Below the pieces are notes generated by a model. That model worked only from the letters and a program-made list of their open reading frames with translations. It was not told the DNA's origin and searched no databases. A stretch of DNA of 50,445 bases from a virus (lineage: Duplodnaviria > Caudoviricetes): the IMG/VR virus record IMGVR_UViG_3300037258_000061, positions 1 to 50,445 of that record. One strand, 5' to 3'. Of the stretch, positions 41,337-50,445 are shown in pieces. Position 1 is the first letter of the stretch. The number at the start of each line of letters is the position of its first letter. Made by a program: the position numbers and the translations under genes.

Positions 41337-44300
41337 TATTTCCGCCCTTCGGAATCTTCAAGAATTTTCTTGATCTTAGCATGGGCTTTAAAGAAATCCT
41401 CATCTGTCTTTGAATTCTTTCTAAGACTCTGAAGTTTAGCCAATTGCTTGAGTCCCTCATCGTATTCATCTGCGAAATTCTTTTTGTAAGGCCCCATAGT
41501 GGTCTTATAGTTCTGTATTTCTGCGAGCGCTGCTTCTTTTTCGGCTTCACGCTGCCACCTAGTGCGGCCTACAAATGAAGTGCTAATTGTAGAACGGAAT
41601 ACGTTACCTTCAGTATCAAGTCTTCCAGACATTGCCAGCATATCTATATGGGCAGATAAACGCTTGGCTTCGTCTTTCCATTCAGCTGTGGTTCCGTTAG
41701 GGTCCGCATCGTGGAGAACTTTTTTAATTCTGGATACGATAGGCACTGGAATATCTTCACTATGATGCAATCCCCAAAGAAGCATATCATGGGGCTTCTC
41801 GAATTTAATTCGATTTCCCATTTGATCCCCGATTTCCTGGACAAAATCAGTATCGTCCATTCCGTCCAGAAACGATGCGAGAGATTTATTCTGCTTCTTA
41901 GCACCGGAGGTAAAGGGATTTGTAAAGTGCGACAGCGCAGATTGCTTAAACGATACGTAACTCTTAGGTAAGTCTTCATGGACTGCTCCCGTCAACTTAT
42001 GGATATTTGCTATATCAATAGTGTTTCCTGCAGGATGTTCATTGGCCAACCACTTAGGGTCAGCTCTGCGCAGTGCAATCTGACTATCGATCTGAGTCTT
42101 TATAGTTGTGGCTAAGTCTTTAATTTCACTATCTGATTTCTCAGGAAAGTACTGTCTCAACTTTCGCATTGAGTTATCATGCGAGCGAAGTCTAGCTTTA
42201 GTTTCAGGACCACCAAAACGTTGTGGTTCACTTGAAACTCTATAAAGAGCTTTGTCTGCTTTACTAGCAAACTTAAGATCAAAACTCTCGTCTTTGCGAT
42301 TGTATTTAACGTTGCCAGTATCGCTTAGTTCGTTAAAGACCTCATCCTCTTTAGATTTCGACGCCTTTGGAGTTTCTTTCCTTGGACTTCCCAACTCAGC
42401 ATTTTTGTCAGCCAGAACCTTTTCGTTTCGCCCAACTCGTTCTGTAGCTCCCTGAGTAGATTTGACTCCGTTTTCGACAGCAATTGAATCTTGCTCTTCT
42501 TTGACGACCGCATCGACAATCTTCGCGCCATATTTTTGCTCCAAGGTCTGAAATGTTTGTGCTAACTGAGGATTAACTTTTACATCTTCTGAAAGCTTTG
42601 TTGTAACTTCATGCTGTGCTACATCTGGAACATGAATTGGCATTTCAGTTGTTGCTTCTGCAGCCATTTTAGCCATGTTAATTCTAACACGACGGCGCTG
42701 CAACTGTGATAGTTGATTCAGAGGTTTGCCATAAAGCTGACGTGCCATAGCATTCTGCGAGATTTTCTCAGCAGTTACTGCAGCATGTTTAATAGGATCA
42801 GCTTGATGGGCAGCTTCCATTTGTGCTGCATAAATCTTATCTTGCTCTGGATGAGCTTTATGCTCATCTGTATGAACAATTGGATTACCTGCAGCATCCG
42901 TACCAACTATATCATGTTCAATCTCAAAAGCAGCTTGGTCAGCTACAGTTTCATGGAATACTTTACCCCCGACAGCGATATTATTTGCAGCGACTCTCTT
43001 CATAGCTGCGCGAGATATAGGCTTGACTAGTGTTCCAAGACCTTCACCTGCTGCACCTAAGCCCATAAATGTAAGCATAGCGCCTGCGCGATCACCTTGG
43101 GGAGTTTCAGAGAAAATATCTCCTATATATGCAGAAGCGGCTTCTTTAAGTCTGCGACCTGCAAATTGACCAGTTTTGCTAGTTGCTAATCTGCGAGTAA
43201 AGTTGGCCGCTTTACCAATTGAACCAGTTGATTCAACAGCTTTTCCTGCACCAAGCAAGGCTTCACCAGTAGCCCCGAGTGCTTCTAAAGGACCATTGAT
43301 GGCTTCATACAAGGGAAGTTGAACAATTGCCTCTCCAACAAAACTACCAGCTTTCTCTGTGTAGTTTTTAGTTGGATGAGTATCTAGCCAAAATGTCTGA
43401 CGATCTATAACATCCTGAGATAACTTGAGAGCTGCGTCAGCGACTCTGGCATCATTATCAGATCGTTCGGTTGCCCAGGTATGAAGAGCGCTACCCGGGA
43501 AGAAATTGGCAACCCCGAGTATCTTTCTATCGACTTTAATTCCCGCCATAAATATAGAATGGACAAGGTGTCCGTTAAGCTGAATTGCACTAGCTTCGGT
43601 GTGTGCCACTCCGGCTTGGAAGTCTGAGAATGCGTCTTTGTTTGTAGCCTCACTATACTCATAGAAGTCTGAGGTTTTAAACGAGCCCTTCTGAACTTGG
43701 CCGACCCAAAGATCCTTCGGGGGAGGTTCTATTTTGGAGTTTTTGTAAATTGGTACGACATACTTATCGTAGTAATTATCGAGAACGTGGGTTTTTTGGT
43801 CACTAGGCAAGGCAGCAAAACGAGGATTTTTAATGATACGTTCGGCTTTTGCATAGGTAGCGGCCTGCCGATCTAACGGATGCGTGAAGTTAAAAGGATT
43901 CTTATTCGCAGGATTTTCGACTGAAGCAATTCTGCTCTTGATTAACTGTTGGCGATAATCCCGAGGAATGTTTTGCTCTTCACCAGTTTTCTCATCTTCT
44001 AAATTAGTTGGAGCAAAGTGATGCTCACCAGTTTTAGCTGCTGGTTTAGCTGCAGGTTGAGCTTGCTGTCTGGATGGACGTGGAGATACAACAGGTTTTT
44101 CAGCACCTGCATCCTTCGCGTATGAATGTCCTTTTTTCATCCAATCTACAGGAGTTGCTAACTTAGCTAATGCTGGATCAGTTCCTTCAGTTCCAGTTGA
44201 AGCTGTAGGTATAGTGGAATCTGACATAGTATCAAACGTTCCAGTAACTTGCTGTAAATTAACCGGCGGTAAAGGCGCGCGCGGAGTTGTATTGATAGTA

Positions 44301-44926
44301 CCAAAGAATTTTTGTTTTACTGCATCAAGTATTCCCGAGGGATTCGGATCGGTAGATTCAATAGTTGATAACTTAGCTTTTTCCCAATCCTTAGACCAAG
44401 GTTCATAGATAGCTTTATACTGATCCATCTCTTTCTGAGTAATATATCCTTTTGCAAATGCCTGTTTCTTAGAATGATAATACTGCATCAGATGAGATTG
44501 CTGTTCAAACGGCAACTGTAAAATGGTCTTTCCAGCTTTACGTTGCGCTGCAAGATACTTAGGATCAGTAACTACTAAAGGATTACCAGTGTCAGGAGGA
44601 ATAGCTTTGCGTTGCTCTGGAGTTAGATTATTCTGAACCAGATGAATAGATTCATGCAGTGCAACTTGTTCTGGATCTTTCAAAAACTCTGGTACGTCAG
44701 TTACAGAAATATGATTAGGACTTCCAGGTATAACTCCAGCAATAGGATCACGATCAGTAGGTTGAGGACCAATTCCTTGAGTTTTTCCAGTTTCGATAGA
44801 AAAAGAAGGATCAATAGCCGATATTAAGCGGCTCAGTGAGGCGGGTGTAGCTTTTTGCAAAGCTTGACGACCAATTGAATTTATATCTGTACTATTGGTC
44901 GTAGTCGTCGGGATCGTCGTCGCCAT
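41336..44926 (-). CDS. Large internal virion/ejection protein with zincin HExxH motif
   Basis: ORF 41336-45004, ATG 44926 likelier; ALHESIHLVQ near the N-terminus; Gly/Ala-rich central helices. Confidence 0.75.
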   Translation of the reverse strand: MATTIPTTTTNSTDINSIGRQALQKATPASLSRLISAIDPSFSIETGKTQGIGPQPTDRDPIAGVIPGSPNHISVTDVPEFLKDPEQVALHESIHLVQNNLTPEQRKAIPPDTGNPLVVTDPKYLAAQRKAGKTILQLPFEQQSHLMQYYHSKKQAFAKGYITQKEMDQYKAIYEPWSKDWEKAKLSTIESTDPNPSGILDAVKQKFFGTINTTPRAPLPPVNLQQVTGTFDTMSDSTIPTASTGTEGTDPALAKLATPVDWMKKGHSYAKDAGAEKPVVSPRPSRQQAQPAAKPAAKTGEHHFAPTNLEDEKTGEEQNIPRDYRQQLIKSRIASVENPANKNPFNFTHPLDRQAATYAKAERIIKNPRFAALPSDQKTHVLDNYYDKYVVPIYKNSKIEPPPKDLWVGQVQKGSFKTSDFYEYSEATNKDAFSDFQAGVAHTEASAIQLNGHLVHSIFMAGIKVDRKILGVANFFPGSALHTWATERSDNDARVADAALKLSQDVIDRQTFWLDTHPTKNYTEKAGSFVGEAIVQLPLYEAINGPLEALGATGEALLGAGKAVESTGSIGKAANFTRRLATSKTGQFAGRRLKEAASAYIGDIFSETPQGDRAGAMLTFMGLGAAGEGLGTLVKPISRAAMKRVAANNIAVGGKVFHETVADQAAFEIEHDIVGTDAAGNPIVHTDEHKAHPEQDKIYAAQMEAAHQADPIKHAAVTAEKISQNAMARQLYGKPLNQLSQLQRRRVRINMAKMAAEATTEMPIHVPDVAQHEVTTKLSEDVKVNPQLAQTFQTLEQKYGAKIVDAVVKEEQDSIAVENGVKSTQGATERVGRNEKVLADKNAELGSPRKETPKASKSKEDEVFNELSDTGNVKYNRKDESFDLKFASKADKALYRVSSEPQRFGGPETKARLRSHDNSMRKLRQYFPEKSDSEIKDLATTIKTQIDSQIALRRADPKWLANEHPAGNTIDIANIHKLTGAVHEDLPKSYVSFKQSALSHFTNPFTSGAKKQNKSLASFLDGMDDTDFVQEIGDQMGNRIKFEKPHDMLLWGLHHSEDIPVPIVSRIKKVLHDADPNGTTAEWKDEAKRLSAHIDMLAMSGRLDTEGNVFRSTISTSFVGRTRWQREAEKEAALAEIQNYKTTMGPYKKNFADEYDEGLKQLAKLQSLRKNSKTDEDFFKAHAKIKKILEDSEGRK

Positions 44927-46175
44927 CTGAGATGTAGTTGGGTCCGGCACTTGTTCCACCTGCTCCAGGTTTATTATCTGAAACTGTAGGAGTTTCGCCT
45001 GCACTACTTAATCTATCAGCAAGTTCAGACTGTTTTGCTTCTAAGACTGAACCTTGAGATTCAAAGAACTGAATCTGTTTATCATACTTATCGCGCTGCG
45101 AAGGATCAGCATTCTTTCTATTTTGCTCAAGCATGTTAATTTGCTGCTGATAAGTTCCAAGAGTTTTTGTAATAGAATCAAAGGCTCTTTGAGCTTCTTG
45201 CTGAGCTTTTGGAGACTTACCATTAACTCCATTTAAAGCATCAATCTTTGCCTGTGTTGTTGAAAGCAAAGTATCATCACGCATCCGAACAGCTTCAAGC
45301 ATACCTTTTACATGAATATTTGCGCCTTGAATAGCTGCCATATAATGCTGATTTGCTGTGTAAACTAGACCATCGTATCTTTTTTGAGCTGTATTTGCCT
45401 CTGAGGTGGCTTTAGTTGTAGCTGCATCCGTAACAGACTGAGCACGAACTATAGCAGGCGCGAGCTTATCTACAAGGTCATGTGTCGCTTTAGCTTCAGC
45501 CGTCGCACTCTGAGCCGCTGCAATAGCTTGCTGATTAGGTGCCATATTAGATGGAAGTTTATCTTGAAATTGTTTGGCATAAGAATCGGTCGCTTGTTTC
45601 ATGGCCGCATGTTCAGGAGTGTTGTTCTTGCTAGGATCAACAAAGTTAATATTGAATGCCTTAGCTATAGCTTTACGATTCTTATCATCATTCAAGACTT
45701 CGCCCTGAATTGCCTGCGCTTTAGCAAGCTGATCCTTAGCTGCTTGATTGTTTGGGTCTTGAGCTAGAACTTGTTTTGCTTGATCCTCAGAGTTAACAGC
45801 ACCCATCAAGTGTTCGATGTTAACACTTAATTCCTGTGTCTTCTTTGCATCACGCTGCTGTTGTACTTGACCAACTACATTTGCAACAGACTTAGATAGA
45901 TTAGCTAAGCCCTGCATTGTAGCTTGGTGTCTTCCATGAACCTGTGAAGTATCTAGAGGTTGCTGCGCATATGTACGACCAGCACCTGGTAGATTAACTG
46001 CAGTAGGCTGTTGATGACCACCAGCTATAGGAATTGAGGCCGCACGAGTAGCGGCTGCAGCTTTTTGATCAGCAGCAGTGGCAGCAGTTACTAACTGCGA
46101 TACGATATCAACTGCACCAGCGGCAGTACTTTGCTGTGCACCAGAACCACTCGAAATGGGAATTGCGTCAGCCAT
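44892..46175 (-). CDS. Putative internal virion/ejection protein (Ala/Gln-rich)
   Basis: 427 aa coiled coil; GAGG RBS; podovirus core-protein position. Confidence 0.7.
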   Translation of the reverse strand: MADAIPISSGSGAQQSTAAGAVDIVSQLVTAATAADQKAAAATRAASIPIAGGHQQPTAVNLPGAGRTYAQQPLDTSQVHGRHQATMQGLANLSKSVANVVGQVQQQRDAKKTQELSVNIEHLMGAVNSEDQAKQVLAQDPNNQAAKDQLAKAQAIQGEVLNDDKNRKAIAKAFNINFVDPSKNNTPEHAAMKQATDSYAKQFQDKLPSNMAPNQQAIAAAQSATAEAKATHDLVDKLAPAIVRAQSVTDAATTKATSEANTAQKRYDGLVYTANQHYMAAIQGANIHVKGMLEAVRMRDDTLLSTTQAKIDALNGVNGKSPKAQQEAQRAFDSITKTLGTYQQQINMLEQNRKNADPSQRDKYDKQIQFFESQGSVLEAKQSELADRLSSAGETPTVSDNKPGAGGTSAGPNYISDGDDDPDDYDQ

Positions 46176-46189
46176 TTAAATCCTCAATT

Positions 46190-47149
46190 CTAGCCAATTG
46201 ATAGTGGCATTGGTCCAGCATAACCACCACTTACTGCACCAGGAAGCTGTGCTCCACTACCGGAACCTGATAGAGTTGGAATTGAACCTCCACCACCACC
46301 AAACAGAGAAGCAAGTCCACCTGTACCGGTGACTGCTCCTGCTACTTGACTACCAATTCCAACAACTTGAGATAGTGTATTTAGCCATGAAGTGCTATTC
46401 TCGGCTGCAGTTTCACCTTCAGTGCTCTCAGTTAAACCAATTGCTTCACCTTGCTGAGTCTGAAGTAACTGTTGCTCTTGCAGTCCTTCTTGAGAAGTAA
46501 CACCTGAGAGATAATCTCCCTGCTCAATAGCGGCTGCAGAACTATTAGCGCTCACGCCAGAATTACCTAAACTTGTAGCAATTGTCGATTGACCTTCAGC
46601 AGTTGACTTAGACATAGCAGCTTGATATGCTTGCATATAACTGCTATCATTAGAGCCAAGATTCTGCATTAGGGAGAATAACTCTCCACCTTCGCCTGCT
46701 CCATAGGTATCATTTAACTGTTTTTGGAGGGCTGCAGTTTGCTGTGGACTATAACCAGCAATTGGATTTCCATTATTTGCAGGTGCATTTGAACCTGCAG
46801 CGCCAGTTGCAGGAGCCCCAGTTCCTACAGCACCGCCAGCTTGAGCGGGAGCGGTATTTATAGGCTGTGGCTGTGCTCCATTCATAGCTCCAGGTACGGA
46901 AGTAGGTGTACCTATAGCACCGCGAGTTCCTCCAGAAGTAGGAACCGTACCTGTAACTGAAGCACTAGCTACAGGATTAGTCATAGGTGAAGATACACCA
47001 CCGTTTGGTCCCTGCGTTGGGCTCATACTTGGAATACCACTCGCAGGACTGTATTGATTCGTACCAAACTGGCCACCTAATACTGGCATTCCAGTATTCT
47101 TAGCTCCGGTTGCCATACCACCCGAAATGCCTGTAGGGACGGTTCCCAT
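46190..47149 (-). CDS. Putative DNA ejection (pilot) protein, Gly-rich
   Basis: ATG 47149 after GAGG; LGNSGVSANSS motif and C-terminal Gly-rich hydrophobic segment. Confidence 0.7.
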   Translation of the reverse strand: MGTVPTGISGGMATGAKNTGMPVLGGQFGTNQYSPASGIPSMSPTQGPNGGVSSPMTNPVASASVTGTVPTSGGTRGAIGTPTSVPGAMNGAQPQPINTAPAQAGGAVGTGAPATGAAGSNAPANNGNPIAGYSPQQTAALQKQLNDTYGAGEGGELFSLMQNLGSNDSSYMQAYQAAMSKSTAEGQSTIATSLGNSGVSANSSAAAIEQGDYLSGVTSQEGLQEQQLLQTQQGEAIGLTESTEGETAAENSTSWLNTLSQVVGIGSQVAGAVTGTGGLASLFGGGGGSIPTLSGSGSGAQLPGAVSGGYAGPMPLSIG

Positions 47150-47167
47150 ACTAAACCTCAATTCAAA

Positions 47168-47932
47168 TTAAGCTCTACGAATCTGAATGCTACGAGTGGC
47201 CGTAACGCTATCACGCTGATACTGAGATACGCGACCGAAGATTAGACCCGGCTGACCTTTAAGACCACCGCTACGCTGAAAATCTGGATCACCATACAAC
47301 AGCGTTTTGATAGCTGAAGCTATATCAAATAAACGCACTGAAAAAGCTGCCCGCATTGCAGCGCAGTATTCAACAATGTCCTGCCAATCATCATCGAGCA
47401 TGATTACATCATCGGCTGTAGGTGCAGGTTTATCATCTACGAGAGTCCAAGGATGCTGTTTTTGATAGCGCATGAAACAGAGAAAAGCTTGAACTGGATT
47501 CGGAGATATGAATACTTGACCTTGCCATCTACTCCAATAACTAGGAAAAGATTGAATGGCCATAGTATTTTCAGCGCTCGCAATCTCTCTATATTTGAGC
47601 TGAACTCCAGGATTTGTGTAACTCAAATCGATAGTAGAAGAGGTCAAACCCACTTGATAATACATAAAAAACGATACCACTTTGTTGATATCAAGTGCTG
47701 CATCTCCGGCTTGCTGAAAAAAACTTGGTTCATAGAGAAACTGGCCAGTTACAAAATTAACGTATGGTCCTGTAGCCTGTAACCCCTGAAACCAATAATC
47801 CTTTGAAAGTTCCAAAACAGAGCGATAAACCCACCGAATCATATTTGCATCAGGAAATTGTCTACCCGCGCAGTATTCCATGATCTGCGGAAACAAATCA
47901 CCAACTGTGAAATTTCCATAGCCTACGGGCAT
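47168..47932 (-). CDS. Putative head-tail adaptor (tail tubular protein A-like)
   Basis: 254 aa; P.YW...ISPNP...RYQK...DDWQDIVEYCAA pattern; position in the tail module. Confidence 0.65.
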   Translation of the reverse strand: MPVGYGNFTVGDLFPQIMEYCAGRQFPDANMIRWVYRSVLELSKDYWFQGLQATGPYVNFVTGQFLYEPSFFQQAGDAALDINKVVSFFMYYQVGLTSSTIDLSYTNPGVQLKYREIASAENTMAIQSFPSYWSRWQGQVFISPNPVQAFLCFMRYQKQHPWTLVDDKPAPTADDVIMLDDDWQDIVEYCAAMRAAFSVRLFDIASAIKTLLYGDPDFQRSGGLKGQPGLIFGRVSQYQRDSVTATRSIQIRRA

Positions 47933-47939
47933 TTTAACC

Positions 47940-48329
47940 TCAAAAGATATAAACAGTGATGTTTACTGTGTTATCAGAAGTTTGCAATTGCATGATGTCT
48001 TGAGTAGGTACTTGATAGCGCCAGATAGTAGCATTACCATCAAGATCGCATATAATAAAACCGATCGGTGGCCGTTTCAGCGCGTGATTTATAGTTACTT
48101 GTCCGCTAGAGTCCCACGCATATGTTAGACCTGATCCGTTGGCACCTACCCGAAACATTATACCATTGCCATTGTCAGTATTGAAAGTTGTATATATTCC
48201 GGTACTATCTTGTAAATTACCTTCAGCAAGCGCAGTCTTATTGACCAACGTATCAAATATAGACTGCGCCCAGCGTAAAATACCTGCAGGTGTATTGATC
48301 TGAGAAACTGTGGGATTGATTGGCTTCAT
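47940..48329 (-). CDS. Hypothetical tail protein
   Basis: 129 aa; TINHALKRPPIGFII motif; ATGA overlap with the upstream gene. Confidence 0.65.
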   Translation of the reverse strand: MKPINPTVSQINTPAGILRWAQSIFDTLVNKTALAEGNLQDSTGIYTTFNTDNGNGIMFRVGANGSGLTYAWDSSGQVTINHALKRPPIGFIICDLDGNATIWRYQVPTQDIMQLQTSDNTVNITVYIF

Positions 48330-49993
48330 GGTCTACGTCCCGGTCCAATAGTTCCATAGAGGCTAATCTCACCAAAAGCAATTGTACCACTTGCTTCAAC
48401 TACCAAAGCTGGCTGCAAACTAGTTGCAGCAACTTGATTGACTGGATATGCTGTATAAAGATTCTTTGCTGAATCTCTACCAGTTCCTAGAGTTTGTACA
48501 CCATAAGGAATACCATCAACTAAAGGTTGAAAAGTTGCTCCAGCTATTCCTTCAGCATAAAAACCCACTGCATCAATTGTTACATCTTTGAATGTCTGTA
48601 CTCTGGCAGGTGGAAATGTAAGTTGACTCTGGTTTGCATTTCCAAGTGCAGCAGTATTTGAAGGCAGAAGTGGAATATAAAACCACAGCGGAGATGCTCC
48701 GGGCACCTGCGTAGCTATAGCCACTCCATCACAGCTAACACTATCCGAGAATGTAGTTACAATGATATTAGACAACAAAAGAGAAGCAATTGAAACTAAA
48801 TTTGCTGTGGATGCAGTAGTAAAGGTAAGACGCATCCACTGTTTAGTCTCAAATCCATATACGTAGGTACGAACAATATAGGTTGAGGTAGTTGAATCTG
48901 TAATTTGAAAGGCCAAAATATAACAAAGTTCAGGTGCTCCATTTATAGTCAGCGCTACCATAGCGCTCTGCACTACTGAAGCGGCCTGCAAATCGCTATA
49001 AATGGCATTTTTAGCCACTCCACCTATAATTGAAAGGCCATCAAGACCTATCGAATAGATGTCATCTTTAGCTACAAATGCACCTTTAGGGCCATATTGT
49101 GAGATAGTTTCGGGAAATACAGTACCTACGCCTTTATGAGAGGCCCACATATGGTCAAAATTGAATGGAGAAATTCCATTATTTAAGGCTGTAATTTCCG
49201 TAATGCCTGCTCTTCGTATGCAATAAACAGTCGGGCCGATAAATAAACCGCCCGTAATTTCATCTTCCACGTCGGGTAGATTGTTGAATCCAGCACCAGT
49301 GGCATTACCCGACATATCCAACGGATTCCAGATAGCATACTGCTGTCCTGCAGCACTCCATGCAATTTGATATGGAAAGTTCTGCGCAAAATCTATCATT
49401 CCTCCTGTTTGCCACTGCGATACATTCATAGCTACAAGACGACCATTAAATTCACCGAGAAACTTGCAGCCTAGATATGAAGTTAATAAACTAAAAGTCA
49501 AATTGCCTGACATATCAGGACCAACTTGAAAAATTTGAGACATTCCTGGAGCAGACATAAAAGTTGTATTATTGATTGTCTTCCAAGTTAATGTCCCTTG
49601 AATTGGAGAACCAAGTGTTGCAATAGGCGCTCCTGGTAAATCTCCTCCGCTTGGAGCACCTATATAGTCTGCAACTCTCGCTGAGATATTACCTCCACTA
49701 TCAAGTACAACGTAGAAGAATTTATCTTCAACATTGGTCGCACCTGAGATTGCAAGTGGAAAACCTAATTCTCCAAAACCGATGAGAATTGTTGAACTCC
49801 AATCAAAGCCTGAGTCACCAAAGGGAATTGATTTCCAAGTTGATGCAACATAACTTTGGTTTTGAATTAAAAAGTTTTCTGCATCAACCAAACCATTGGT
49901 ATAGGGAGCAAGCGCAGATGTATCAAGCCCCGACATCGGAGCTGACCACTCCAGCTTCAAGTGCTGATCTTCTTGCTGAGATTTCCAAGCCAC
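48326..49993 (-). CDS. Putative tail nozzle/packaged-DNA stabilisation protein (beta-propeller)
   Basis: 555 aa; FNGRLV, IAWS, GVGT and YGFETKQW typical of P22 gp10/T7 gp12-like proteins; GTG start after GGGAG. Confidence 0.72.
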   Translation of the reverse strand: MAWKSQQEDQHLKLEWSAPMSGLDTSALAPYTNGLVDAENFLIQNQSYVASTWKSIPFGDSGFDWSSTILIGFGELGFPLAISGATNVEDKFFYVVLDSGGNISARVADYIGAPSGGDLPGAPIATLGSPIQGTLTWKTINNTTFMSAPGMSQIFQVGPDMSGNLTFSLLTSYLGCKFLGEFNGRLVAMNVSQWQTGGMIDFAQNFPYQIAWSAAGQQYAIWNPLDMSGNATGAGFNNLPDVEDEITGGLFIGPTVYCIRRAGITEITALNNGISPFNFDHMWASHKGVGTVFPETISQYGPKGAFVAKDDIYSIGLDGLSIIGGVAKNAIYSDLQAASVVQSAMVALTINGAPELCYILAFQITDSTTSTYIVRTYVYGFETKQWMRLTFTTASTANLVSIASLLLSNIIVTTFSDSVSCDGVAIATQVPGASPLWFYIPLLPSNTAALGNANQSQLTFPPARVQTFKDVTIDAVGFYAEGIAGATFQPLVDGIPYGVQTLGTGRDSAKNLYTAYPVNQVAATSLQPALVVEASGTIAFGEISLYGTIGPGRRP

Positions 49994-50020
49994 AACTTGC
50001 TCCCTTGTTATTGTTAAGTA

Positions 50021-50287
50021 CTACTTGTCAAGATAGAGATTCAGATTTCCCGATGGAAGTAGAGGAACTGTCAATCCTCTAATCCAGCCGAGAGGTCCAA
50101 TGATTACGTCATCTCCAGTTGGCGCTGTAAATGGAAAGGTTTTACCTGCAAGATCAACAATGGTCATAGTATCTGCAGGTGTCATACCAGACCAAACTCC
50201 ACCTCTAATCTTGATATTAGACTTAATCAGAGGTGTAGTTTGAGGTCCAGTGAAGGTAGCTTGATGACCATAAAACACGTTTGCCAT
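50021..50287 (-). CDS. Small hypothetical virion protein
   Basis: 88 aa; GAGG RBS. Confidence 0.7.
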   Translation of the reverse strand: MANVFYGHQATFTGPQTTPLIKSNIKIRGGVWSGMTPADTMTIVDLAGKTFPFTAPTGDDVIIGPLGWIRGLTVPLLPSGNLNLYLDK

Positions 50288-50340
50288 TTAAATATCCTCT
50301 TTACAATAATTCAAATTTAGATTGAGTTAAATGGCTAGTT
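50175..50340. repeat. Terminal direct repeat, copy 2
   Basis: Matches 1-166 with one mismatch. Confidence 0.97.
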
Positions 50341-50445
50341 CAGATTATAGTCGCAACCAAGAATAATTCCAACTACTTTTGCTGTGCTACCAGAGGGAGT
50401 TACTGCTGTAATAATTGCGCTAAGCATTGTACCATCTTCAAAAAG
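50335..50445 (-). CDS. 3' end of a divergent allele/paralogue of gene 161-964 (partial)
   Basis: Translates to ...LFEDGTMLSAIITAVTPSGSTAKVVGIILGCDYNLN*, versus ...LTVDGTLLTAVLIAVTPAGSTVNLLGIILGCDFNFN*. Confidence 0.85.
   Translation of the reverse strand, partial: LFEDGTMLSAIITAVTPSGSTAKVVGIILGCDYNLN

Noticed and set aside
50335-50445. Diversity-generating retroelement TR/VR pair with 161-271
   Set aside because: Differences are not confined to adenines and include many synonymous changes; no reverse transcriptase is present
1-50445. Alternative genetic code, or prophage/host flanks
   Set aside because: Genes are full length and densely packed under code 11 using all three stop codons; no integrase or host housekeeping genes, and the ends overlap circularly

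Overview
The window looks like an essentially complete ~50.17-kb genome of a tailed dsDNA phage with podovirus-like architecture. Bases 1-166 recur at 50175-50340, implying a circular unit of 50,174 bp. Two arms diverge from a largely non-coding control region at ~11.4-12.5 kb and converge at a hairpin near 32.35 kb. The minus arm (11.4 kb to 1, wrapping to 50.4-32.4 kb) encodes packaging and virion proteins: TerS, TerL, holin-like proteins, portal, scaffold, HK97-fold capsid, tail adaptor and nozzle, ejection proteins, fibres and a beta-helix tailspike. The plus arm (11.85-32.3 kb) encodes early and replication functions: J-domain, vWA, FtsK-like ATPase, two nucleotide pyrophosphohydrolases, a PD-(D/E)XK nuclease/Sak4-like ATPase/SSB trio, a split family-A polymerase, a P-loop helicase-like protein, a GroES-like protein and a GH108 endolysin. 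I saw no integrase, repressor, tape measure protein, CRISPR array or primase. The most unusual elements are: (1) two paralogous, Cys-rich tail-fibre-position proteins with Sec signal peptides; (2) a cassette of an unannotated 48-aa peptide, a PurD-like ATP-grasp ligase and an HExxE protein inside the virion operon; (3) a GroES homologue with a DnaJ-type zinc finger inserted in its mobile loop; (4) a split PolA with a degenerate UDG domain and His at position 762; (5) a tRNA-Phe-like RNA lacking its anticodon stem, next to a DNA-mimic-like acidic protein; (6) a family of long intergenic hairpins with a single internal mismatch. All family calls come from motif recognition by eye, not from database searches. 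An Acidobacteriota host is only a tentative inference.
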